Of a stretch of DNA of 64,000 bases, positions 56,800 through 64,000 are shown one piece after another. The stretch is taken from NCBI GenBank assembly GCA_017857595.1, contig JAFMCU010000001.1:74497-138496 (forward strand), given 5' to 3'. The notes below the pieces were generated by a model that worked only from the letters and a program-made list of their open reading frames with translations, had not been told where the DNA came from and searched no databases. A program made the translations under genes and the position numbers. Each line of letters starts with the position of its first letter. Within the stretch, counting starts at the first letter, position 1. This stretch comes from Thermoprotei archaeon (GTDB taxonomy: Archaea; Thermoproteota; Thermoprotei; Gearchaeales; Gearchaeaceae).

Positions 56800-57789
56800 A
56801 TGAGAGCTGCATTATTTGAAAAAAGAAGTTTGGAAGATTTAAGAATTGTAGAAGTTGATGAACCTAAAATAAACGACGATGAAGTTTTAATAAGAGTAGT
56901 AAAAGCAGGCGTAAACCCAGTAGATTATATGACCGTCACCGTATTACCTGTAAATCCCTTACCTCATATACCTGGTAGAGAATTTGCTGGAATAGTTGAG
57001 AAAGTGGGAAAAAATGTTAAGAATGTTGTTGAGGGAGATAAGGTAGCTGTATATACTAGAATATTCGATGGAACTTGCGATATGTGTTTAGATAAAAAAG
57101 AGATGTTATGTAGAAGAGGAGGAAGAATAGGAACAGATACGAATGGAGGGTTTGCTGAATATGTAAACGTAAAGGCTAAGAATGTATTTAAAATTGAATT
57201 GGATTGGGATATAGCAGCAAGCTTACCTGTTTCTGCCTTAACTTCTTACCATGCTTTAAAGGAAGCCCAGGTAAAAATTGGAGACTATGTTGCTATTTTC
57301 GGGGCTTCAGGTAATACAGGAATGTTCGCTGTACAAATAGCAAAAATGATGGGAGCGAATGTAATTGCAATTAGTAGAAAATACTGGCTTAAAGAATTCG
57401 GAGCTGATTATATATTTGCATATGAAGATGCGATTCAAAAAGTGAAAGATGTTACAAACAATAAAATGGTTGATGTTGTTATTAATTCAATAGGTAATAA
57501 ATTCTTTGATTTAAGTTACGAATTGTTAAAACCTGGGGGTAAATTAGTCTTATTTGGTTCTTTAACTGGTTCGGAAGCCAAAATTAATTTATCTAATATT
57601 TATAATAAACATGCTTATATTATGGGAACTACGGGAGGAACATTAAAGGAATTTTATGATTTGATTCAAATAGCACATAAATTAAAAGTAAGAATTTGGA
57701 AGAATTATAAACTTGATGAAATAGCAACTGCGATTAAGAATATATTTTCTAGTGAGAGAGATGGGAGAATAATGATAATTCCTAGATAA
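56800..57789 (+). CDS. Zinc-type medium-chain alcohol dehydrogenase/reductase
   Basis: MRAALFEK..., VKAGVNPVDY, IPGREFAGIVEKVG, GDKV, and Rossmann FGASGNTGMFAVQIAK. I prefer ATG 56800 over the track TTG 56764. Confidence 0.85.
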   Translation: MRAALFEKRSLEDLRIVEVDEPKINDDEVLIRVVKAGVNPVDYMTVTVLPVNPLPHIPGREFAGIVEKVGKNVKNVVEGDKVAVYTRIFDGTCDMCLDKKEMLCRRGGRIGTDTNGGFAEYVNVKAKNVFKIELDWDIAASLPVSALTSYHALKEAQVKIGDYVAIFGASGNTGMFAVQIAKMMGANVIAISRKYWLKEFGADYIFAYEDAIQKVKDVTNNKMVDVVINSIGNKFFDLSYELLKPGGKLVLFGSLTGSEAKINLSNIYNKHAYIMGTTGGTLKEFYDLIQIAHKLKVRIWKNYKLDEIATAIKNIFSSERDGRIMIIPR

Positions 57790-57802
57790 TAGTTAGTTAT
57801 TC

Positions 57803-58747
57803 ATGATTGAAGAATTAGAAATTCTGAAACAAGAATTAAGGAAAAGAATTAAACATGCTATTTTTAAATACGATTGCGATTCAATCTTATTGTCAGGTGG
57901 CTTAGATACAAGTGTACTTGCTTATTATTTAAAAGAAAAAATTAGAGATGCTTTTACTGCAATATTTAAGGAAAATCCTGGAAGAGATTTTATGTATTCA
58001 AAGCTTATATCAAAATATTTTAATTTCAATCATCATCTTGTCTTTTTTGATTTAAACGCTGTCGTAGAATCACTTTATGATGTGATTAGGATCTTAAAAA
58101 CATTTGATTCTATGGAGCTAAGAAATAGTGTTGTGATATATTTTATTTTGAAGGAATGTAAAAATAATGGATTTAAAAAAATTGTAACAGGCGATGGAGG
58201 AGATGAACTTTTCGCTGGATATTCTTATATGCATAAGATGACCTATGAAGAAATGGATAATTATATTCGTTATTTATCTCAAAATTGGTTTTTTTCTGCA
58301 AAATATCTTGGAGAATACTTAAATGTTGAAGTAATTCAACCTTATCTTGATAATGATTTTGTTAATTTCGCTTTATCGATTCATCCTAAATTCAAAGTTA
58401 AAGAAGAAAATGGTAAGCTTTATGGAAAGTGGATTGTAAGAAAAGCCTTTGAAGAATTATTACCTAAAGAAATAGTTTGGAGAGAAAAAGATCCAATAGA
58501 GGTTGGAAGTGGAAGTATTGCATTAAGTAATCTGCTCTCTAATTTAATACAAGAAAAAGAATTTCTTGAAATTTTAAAAGAAGTTAAAATTAGAGATAAA
58601 GAACATGCTTTCTACTATAAAATTTACAAAGAAGTTATTGGTAAAATACCTGAACCAAAAAAAGATGAGAGACCATGTTTATATTGTGGAGCTGGTGTTA
58701 AATTTAATACAAAGTATTGTAAAGTATGTGGAGCTTATCCTGCTTAA
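57803..58747 (+). CDS. Asparagine-synthase-domain PP-loop ATPase, lacking a glutaminase domain, with a C-terminal zinc ribbon
   Basis: LLSGGLDTSVLA (SGGxDS PP-loop), TGDGGDELFAGY, and the C-terminal CLYCGAGVKFNTKYCKVCG. Confidence 0.75.
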   Translation: MIEELEILKQELRKRIKHAIFKYDCDSILLSGGLDTSVLAYYLKEKIRDAFTAIFKENPGRDFMYSKLISKYFNFNHHLVFFDLNAVVESLYDVIRILKTFDSMELRNSVVIYFILKECKNNGFKKIVTGDGGDELFAGYSYMHKMTYEEMDNYIRYLSQNWFFSAKYLGEYLNVEVIQPYLDNDFVNFALSIHPKFKVKEENGKLYGKWIVRKAFEELLPKEIVWREKDPIEVGSGSIALSNLLSNLIQEKEFLEILKEVKIRDKEHAFYYKIYKEVIGKIPEPKKDERPCLYCGAGVKFNTKYCKVCGAYPA

Positions 58748-59883
58748 TTTAATGAAGAAAAGAATTCTTCAAGTCTGTCTAGACCTTCGCTGATCGTTTC
58801 TATAGAACCTGCAAAAGATATTCTTAAGTGATATTCTCCTGAAGGGCCGAATGAAATACCTGGCATTAATGCAACATTATAATCATTCAACAATTTTTTA
58901 CTGATTTCAATCGATTTCAATTTTGCATTATACCTAGGGAATGCATAGAATGCTCCTTCTATACTTCGTATATCTATATTCTTCATTTCTTTTAAACGTT
59001 TAAACGTTAGATCTCTTCTTTTTCGGAATTCTTCTCTAAATTTTTCTATATAAATATCACCATTTTTAAGGGCAAAAGCAGAAGCCTTCTGTATAAAGCC
59101 TGGAAAGCATGTAATGGTGTTTTCTATTAACTTATTTATATTTGATATTATATTCTCGCTTGCGGTTATATATCCAGCTCTCCATCCAGTCATTGAATAG
59201 CTTTTTGATAAACTAAAGACGCTAATAACTTTATCAGGTTTATCTTCTAATGAACCTATGGAAAAATGTTTTTTATCATATACAAGATCTTCATAAGCTT
59301 CATCACTGATTATGTATACATTATTGTCTTTACAGAATTCATAAAGTTCTTCAAGTTCTTTTTCATCATAAACCTTACCTGTAGGATTAGCAGGCGTATT
59401 TATAATAATAGCTAAAGTTTTTTTCTTTATTTTTTTCTTTATTTCGTCTAAATTTAATGAAAAATCTTCATTTAATTTGTAATAAACTGGTTTTGCACCA
59501 GCAAGTATGATAGGTTCTATATAAAAATAACCAGGGTCTGGTGTTAGTATTTCGCCTTTTGAGTTTGTTACAGCCATTAACGACGCAAAAACTGCAAATT
59601 TTGCGGGTGAAAAAATAACATTGGTGATTTCTGCTTTAATTTTATTCTTTTTGTTGACTTTTTCTACTATAGCTTTTCTCACATCTTCCATACCGTAGGA
59701 AGATGTGTATTTTGTATCACCTTTTTTTAAACTGTTGTAGGCCTCATCTATTATCTCTTTGGGCGTTTCAAAAGTAGGTTCACCTATAGCTAAAGATATA
59801 ATTTTTTCACCTCTCGATGTTTTCTCAATAACTAAGTTTACTAATTGTAAAGCTGGTGATCCTTTAATTTTGTTTAGATACAT
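58744..59883 (-). CDS. Class I/II PLP aminotransferase (aspartate aminotransferase-like)
   Basis: NTPANPTG, ISDEAYEDLVY and SLSKSYSMTGWRAGY (PLP Lys). Confidence 0.9.
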   Translation of the reverse strand: MYLNKIKGSPALQLVNLVIEKTSRGEKIISLAIGEPTFETPKEIIDEAYNSLKKGDTKYTSSYGMEDVRKAIVEKVNKKNKIKAEITNVIFSPAKFAVFASLMAVTNSKGEILTPDPGYFYIEPIILAGAKPVYYKLNEDFSLNLDEIKKKIKKKTLAIIINTPANPTGKVYDEKELEELYEFCKDNNVYIISDEAYEDLVYDKKHFSIGSLEDKPDKVISVFSLSKSYSMTGWRAGYITASENIISNINKLIENTITCFPGFIQKASAFALKNGDIYIEKFREEFRKRRDLTFKRLKEMKNIDIRSIEGAFYAFPRYNAKLKSIEISKKLLNDYNVALMPGISFGPSGEYHLRISFAGSIETISEGLDRLEEFFSSLN

Positions 59884-59894
59884 GTTTCAAAATT

Positions 59895-60266
59895 TCAAGA
59901 TTTTTCTGTTTGGCTTTTCCTTAAATAGTCATCTTTTTTCTCTAACCAGTCTTCTCTTGGAGGTGTGAAGAAATCTATCTCTAAAGTATCTTCGTCAAAC
60001 CATGCTTCATGTGGTGCGTTACTTGGAATTACAATTAAATCGTTATCTGATAAATTGTATATTTTATCGTAGATTTTAAATCTCATCTTTCCTTTAATTA
60101 CATAGGTAATTTGTTCGGATACATGATTATGTGTAGGAACATGCGTACCTTTTTTTATATTGAACTGAGCAAAAGTAGCTTTCTCACTGAATACTGCTTT
60201 TCTTTGAATGCCTTCAGTTAATTTTTCGCCTTCTATATTATTCAATCTAAAAATTTTTATTTCCAC
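59895..60266 (-). CDS. Cupin-domain protein
   Basis: GTHVPTHNHVSEQITYVIKGK and PSNAPHEAW. Confidence 0.7.
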   Translation of the reverse strand: MEIKIFRLNNIEGEKLTEGIQRKAVFSEKATFAQFNIKKGTHVPTHNHVSEQITYVIKGKMRFKIYDKIYNLSDNDLIVIPSNAPHEAWFDEDTLEIDFFTPPREDWLEKKDDYLRKSQTEKS

Positions 60267-60270
60267 ACCA

Positions 60271-61695
60271 ATGAATAGTTTCTTTTTTTATAAACATTTA
60301 GTAGCTTATGTTTATTGGATGCTTTCGACAGCGATGCCAAGAACAGGCGGTGATTATATTTATGTAAGCAGAATTTTCCATCCAGCATTAGGATTCATGA
60401 CCAATTTGATGTTTGTTGTTTTAATGATTACTTGGGCAGGCTTGTTTCCACAATTGATAGCTTCACAAGCATTACAAATGATGTTTGCAAATCTGTATAT
60501 GGTAACGAACAATAGTTATTATCTCAATGTAGCTACATGGTTAACACAGCCTTATGCACAATTTATTGTAGGCTTTATTATAGTAACCTTGGTTATAGCA
60601 ATGATGTTTCTTCCTGTTAAATGGTTATTTAAAGTCGTTGTAGGAATGTTTGTGATTCAAGCTTTGATTTATGTTTGGTTTATAATAGCATTGGCAATGA
60701 CGCCTCATGATGCATTTATTAGTGCATTCAATCAAAAAGTGGGTTCTAATGCTTATCAAGCCATATTAAGTGCTGCATCAAATTCAGGAGTGGATTGGAC
60801 AATAACTGCAGCAGGAACTCTCATAGGTATAGTATATACGATGTTAAGTTATATAGGATATGCTAATAGTGCTTATTTTGCTGGTGAAGTTAAAGGTGAT
60901 CCTAAAAGCGCACAAGGTTTAGCTATATTCTCTGCACCTATAATATTTGCGATTATTATTTACATACTATATGCAGCTATTTATTACACCTTCGGTCATG
61001 ATTTCTTGGTTGCAGCTTCTTCATTATCAATAAATGGGAATTCGGCCTGGAATCTTCCAGCAGTTCCATCACCTGCTTTTTTAGTATCAATCATTTCAAA
61101 TAATCCGATATTCGTAGCAGCAGTTCCCTTTGGTCTAGTCTTAACATTCTTCGGGTTCGCATTAATATACTTCTTTGTTCCAACTAGAAATATATTTGCA
61201 TATGCATTCGATAGAATTTTACCCCCTAGTTTAGCACAGGTTAATAGGCATGGCGTACCTTGGTTAACGGTAATTGTATATGGAATAATTGCTTATATTT
61301 CATTATATATAACAGTATATACAACTTACTTTACTTATTTAGCCTATGCAAACTTTGGATGGTGGTTATCTGTAGCAATCGTAATGTTTGCAGGAGCTGC
61401 ATTTCCATTCATTAAAAAAGATCTGTTTAATAGTTCGCCAGGTATAGTTAAAAAGAAGATAGGTAATGTTCCAGTTATTTCTATTGCAGGTGTTGTTGCT
61501 GGCGTATTATCAATTTGGGTTTCTTATTCAACGATTCTGCCTTCATTCTTTGGCGCACCTATTAATGCAGTATATATAGCAAGCATTCTAATAGTTTATG
61601 TTATAGCCTTGTTAATTTATGCCATTTCATATTTTGTACAGAAAGCAAGAGGTATACCTGTAGATCTTGTAGCAAAGGAATTGCCACCTACATAA
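60271..61695 (+). CDS. APC-superfamily amino acid/polyamine permease, apparently lacking the first transmembrane helix (possibly 5'-truncated)
   Basis: MLSTAMPRTGGDYIYVSRIFHPALGF is the conserved end-of-TM2 APC motif, but it starts only about 20 residues after the first usable ATG (60271). The track ORF start at 60208 lies inside the divergent cupin gene. Confidence 0.6.
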   Translation: MNSFFFYKHLVAYVYWMLSTAMPRTGGDYIYVSRIFHPALGFMTNLMFVVLMITWAGLFPQLIASQALQMMFANLYMVTNNSYYLNVATWLTQPYAQFIVGFIIVTLVIAMMFLPVKWLFKVVVGMFVIQALIYVWFIIALAMTPHDAFISAFNQKVGSNAYQAILSAASNSGVDWTITAAGTLIGIVYTMLSYIGYANSAYFAGEVKGDPKSAQGLAIFSAPIIFAIIIYILYAAIYYTFGHDFLVAASSLSINGNSAWNLPAVPSPAFLVSIISNNPIFVAAVPFGLVLTFFGFALIYFFVPTRNIFAYAFDRILPPSLAQVNRHGVPWLTVIVYGIIAYISLYITVYTTYFTYLAYANFGWWLSVAIVMFAGAAFPFIKKDLFNSSPGIVKKKIGNVPVISIAGVVAGVLSIWVSYSTILPSFFGAPINAVYIASILIVYVIALLIYAISYFVQKARGIPVDLVAKELPPT

Positions 61696-61704
61696 ATTAT
61701 TTTT

Positions 61705-62658
61705 TTATCCTTCTACGAATAAATAATTATCTACTCTGTTTTCTGAAATATTTATAATTACACCTTTTAATATTCCAATGGAATATTCACTACCTGGATT
61801 AAAACAATGAGTATTTTTTATTTTTGTATAACCTTTGGATTCATGAATATGACCATGTAATCCTGCTAGTGGCTGATATTTTTCTATCGCATTTCTTACA
61901 GCAATACTTCCAACATGGACCATTTCAGGTTCACCACCAGGAGTTAGAACAGGTTTTAAATCCTTATCTAATTTTGGGGCAATATCTAAATGGGTATTGA
62001 AAGGTGGCACATGTATATTTAATATGCTCTTTCTTACTTCCTTTGTAGAATCAACCAATTTATTGATCTTTTCTTCTAAAATCTCTTCAGGCAAGTCTCC
62101 TGGAAGATTCCATGGATTAGGATTGGAATAACCTAAGCTTAACATTTCATGATTATCATCAATCCATACAATCTTTTCATTTGGATATACAACGAATTCA
62201 GATTTTTTAAGGACTTCCTCTACTATAGGCGGGTCGTCATTACCAATGTTTATTATAACTTTTATTTTTGAATTCTTTAATCTTTCTTCGGCAATTTTGC
62301 ACCAATTTTCTATACTTTCACCTATTAGCTGATTAAATATATTATTTATTTTACTTTCATCTTTAATCAGATCATTCCACTCTTCTTTTTCAACAACTAA
62401 TGGATAATCGCCTTGAAATCTGATTTCCTTTTTAATTTCATTTAATTCTTTTTCGTTTTCGATTTTATATCTGTTCCCTTTAAATTCTGTTTCATAGTGG
62501 TTACCTAATTTAAATATAGGTATAATTCCTTTACCTGCTATGTCTCCACCGATGATTACAACTTGGCAATTATAAATCTTAGCAGCGTTCACAAATTTTA
62601 AGAATAGTTTATCTGAACCATGTATATCGGTTACAAAATATAATCTTGTTTTTGTCAT
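61705..62658 (-). CDS. Calcineurin-like metallophosphoesterase
   Basis: YFVTDIHGS, IGGDIAGKG, NIGNDD, LNIHVPP and LHGHIHES. Confidence 0.8.
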   Translation of the reverse strand: MTKTRLYFVTDIHGSDKLFLKFVNAAKIYNCQVVIIGGDIAGKGIIPIFKLGNHYETEFKGNRYKIENEKELNEIKKEIRFQGDYPLVVEKEEWNDLIKDESKINNIFNQLIGESIENWCKIAEERLKNSKIKVIINIGNDDPPIVEEVLKKSEFVVYPNEKIVWIDDNHEMLSLGYSNPNPWNLPGDLPEEILEEKINKLVDSTKEVRKSILNIHVPPFNTHLDIAPKLDKDLKPVLTPGGEPEMVHVGSIAVRNAIEKYQPLAGLHGHIHESKGYTKIKNTHCFNPGSEYSIGILKGVIINISENRVDNYLFVEG

Positions 62659-62705
62659 TAAATTATTATATAATGCATATTTAAGTAAATTTTCTTAACA
62701 ATTGC

Positions 62706-62969
62706 TCATTTTTCTTCCACTAATTCATAGAATAATTTCGTTGCTATTTCTTTATTTTCTACTTCCTTTATTGTTATTTTACCATTCTTATAAAGACTTA
62801 CGAGCTTCCCTTTGTATATTCCACGTGTAAATATTCTAGTATCTATGATTATTTTCTCAAGTTTATTTCTAGCTATTTTTAAGCTTGATTCTGCATTTGC
62901 AGGATTCAAAATAGCAACAAAGCCCTTATCATCTCCGCACATTTCAGTTACAGCTCTTATTTTTATCAA
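62706..62969 (-). CDS. Hypothetical small protein
   Basis: ORF only, 87 aa. It lies 29 nt downstream of the SagB-type gene on the same strand. Confidence 0.4.
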   Translation of the reverse strand: MIKIRAVTEMCGDDKGFVAILNPANAESSLKIARNKLEKIIIDTRIFTRGIYKGKLVSLYKNGKITIKEVENKEIATKLFYELVEEK

Positions 62970-62998
62970 CTTAAAGAAGTTATAATATAAGCAAAATA

Positions 62999-64000
62999 TT
63001 AATTTAAATTGAATTTCTTCAAGTATTCTTCATGATCAACTGCGTTTAAATATATTTTACCACTTTTCGCTTTATATGCAGGTTTTCCTACAGCAACCAC
63101 GATTATATTGTTCTTATCTTCAGCATGAGGCGAAAAAAATTCAGTTATATCGTCATCATAGAATGTTAATCCTGTTGCTCCCAATCCCAGTGAGTAAGAA
63201 ATTAAATATATTCTTCCAGCTCTTATTCCTCCTTCCAGTTGTGCAGCTCTATAGCCTCTATTGCCTAATTGATTTAATATTTCATTTAATCTTGTCATTA
63301 AAAAGAATATTACGCTTGCTTGATAAGCTAATTCTTGCTCTAAACACAAGTATTCTGCAATTTTTCTAAATTTACCTTTTTTTAACGCAACTAATTCTTC
63401 TTTATTTCTATCATAGTAATAAGAACCATTGTCCAATCCATCTACACTGTTTACAATCAAATATGCATCAACTAAGCTTTGATCATGCATAGGCAAAAAG
63501 TCAGCTTTAATTGGCTTAAAAGAATACTTCAATATAACTGATAATTCTTCATATCTTATAGGTTCAAGGCTAAATTTTCTCGCAGAACCCCTCCTAAGTA
63601 TTGTATCTCCAAGCTTTAAAGTTTCAATATTATCATATAGCATTAACTTAATTCTTAATGCATCAATATTGTTTGAATCATTTCCAAAATAGCATTTGTT
63701 TAGCCAGTTTACAACTTCTTCAGGTGTTTGAAAACTAGATGCTATATTTATCTTTATAATCTCTTCATAAATTTTCTTCTTTTTAGAGACATTTACATAT
63801 GAAGGATTTTTGTATGGGATTTCCAAATTTGCTTCTTCAAGGTTTCTATTTCCATTTAATGCAATTATTGCAACTGAGGCTTCTTCTATCCCATCGATAC
63901 CTAATAAGTGATTTATTCTATCATCAACGAATCCTAATATTAATTCATTGTTAAAATTTTTAGAATTCAATGTAGAAATCATATTCGCAATTACTGTTCC
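62999..64000 (-). CDS. SagB-type (nitroreductase-fold) dehydrogenase domain protein; partial, the reading frame stays open to the right edge of the window
   Basis: RRGSARKFS, DGLDNGSYYYDRNKEELVAL and GNRGYRAAQLEGGIRAGRIYLISYSLGLGATGLTFYDDDI match the SagB/ThcOx pattern. The codons upstream of the Met at 63982 (GTVIAN) contain no stop before position 64000. Confidence 0.7.
   Translation of the reverse strand, partial: GTVIANMISTLNSKNFNNELILGFVDDRINHLLGIDGIEEASVAIIALNGNRNLEEANLEIPYKNPSYVNVSKKKKIYEEIIKINIASSFQTPEEVVNWLNKCYFGNDSNNIDALRIKLMLYDNIETLKLGDTILRRGSARKFSLEPIRYEELSVILKYSFKPIKADFLPMHDQSLVDAYLIVNSVDGLDNGSYYYDRNKEELVALKKGKFRKIAEYLCLEQELAYQASVIFFLMTRLNEILNQLGNRGYRAAQLEGGIRAGRIYLISYSLGLGATGLTFYDDDITEFFSPHAEDKNNIIVVAVGKPAYKAKSGKIYLNAVDHEEYLKKFNLN

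Noticed and set aside
484-63369. The remaining short track ORFs nested in longer genes: 484..666, 2074..2271, 3569..3850, 4199..4444, 5434..5634, 6973..7233, 9615..9938, 10558..10857, 10945..11184, 11290..11475, 11421..11870, 11692..11883, 12007..12219, 13297..13491, 17107..17301, 19169..19480, 21861..22139, 25587..25775, 33865..34065, 35184..35492, 35461..35685, 35876..36118, 38322..38516, 39557..39844, 39893..40114, 40408..40608, 42154..42369, 42633..42920, 43800..44159, 46225..46434, 46601..46795, 47454..47708, 48811..49062, 49540..49746, 52752..52955, 54743..55033, 58605..58793, 59759..59968 and 63076..63369.
   Set aside because: Each lies antisense to, or out of frame within, a longer ORF that carries clear family motifs. 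Stop codons are depleted in some frames of AT-rich coding DNA, so such shadow ORFs are expected. None shows a recognisable motif.
1-64000. Search for CRISPR arrays, tRNA, rRNA, RNase P or SRP RNA, and large direct or inverted repeats.
   Set aside because: - No regularly spaced repeats were seen.
- None of the intergenic gaps (all about 200 nt or shorter) contains the GC-rich stem-forming sequence expected for structured RNAs in an AT-rich archaeon.
- A computational scan (tRNAscan, Infernal, self-dotplot) would be needed to be definitive.

Overview
This is an AT-rich window (about 30% G+C judged by eye, not computed) with tightly packed genes, and it reads as an archaeal chromosome segment. 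The archaeal markers are Mre11-Rad50, HerA/NurA-type genes, an archaeal/eukaryal-type TrpRS, a THEP1 NTPase, an M32 carboxypeptidase, a class II ribonucleotide reductase and an N-terminal fragment of a gluconate-dehydratase-like enolase. The gene content suggests a heterotrophic, possibly thermoacidophilic archaeon, but the lineage cannot be fixed from this window. I support about 65 protein-coding genes. I found no rRNA, tRNA or CRISPR array and no convincing ncRNA.

Main blocks:
- 1-15 kb: a molybdenum-cofactor island (moeA, mobA, mocA-like, moaC-moaB fusion, moaD, moaE) around a 976-aa formate-dehydrogenase-like molybdoenzyme with a DUF1641 partner. It is interrupted by a decayed IS transposase and a truncated acyl-CoA dehydrogenase pseudogene.
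- 15.7-23 kb: an ABC importer with no binding-protein gene, a ZIP transporter and three uncharacterised polytopic membrane proteins, one carrying NapH-like Fe-S motifs.
- 23-27 kb: a GNAT / GltB-like / anticodon-domain-less class II aaRS-like cluster.
- 27-31 kb: mre11-rad50.
- 33.4-38.4 kb: a separate NurA-like / unknown / HerA-like ATPase operon with a flanking phosphoesterase and a THEP1 NTPase. This is my best candidate for an undescribed system.
- 38-48 kb: housekeeping and redox genes (trpS, suhB-like, tandem OsmC, metE-like, mqo-like, rhodanese).
- 48-54 kb: a split nrdJ, a DRG-like GTPase, a peroxiredoxin and a thioredoxin.
- 54-64 kb: miscellaneous metabolism, ending in a partial SagB-type dehydrogenase.

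All family calls come from motifs I recognised by eye in the supplied translations. No database search was run, so products should be read as family-level hypotheses.
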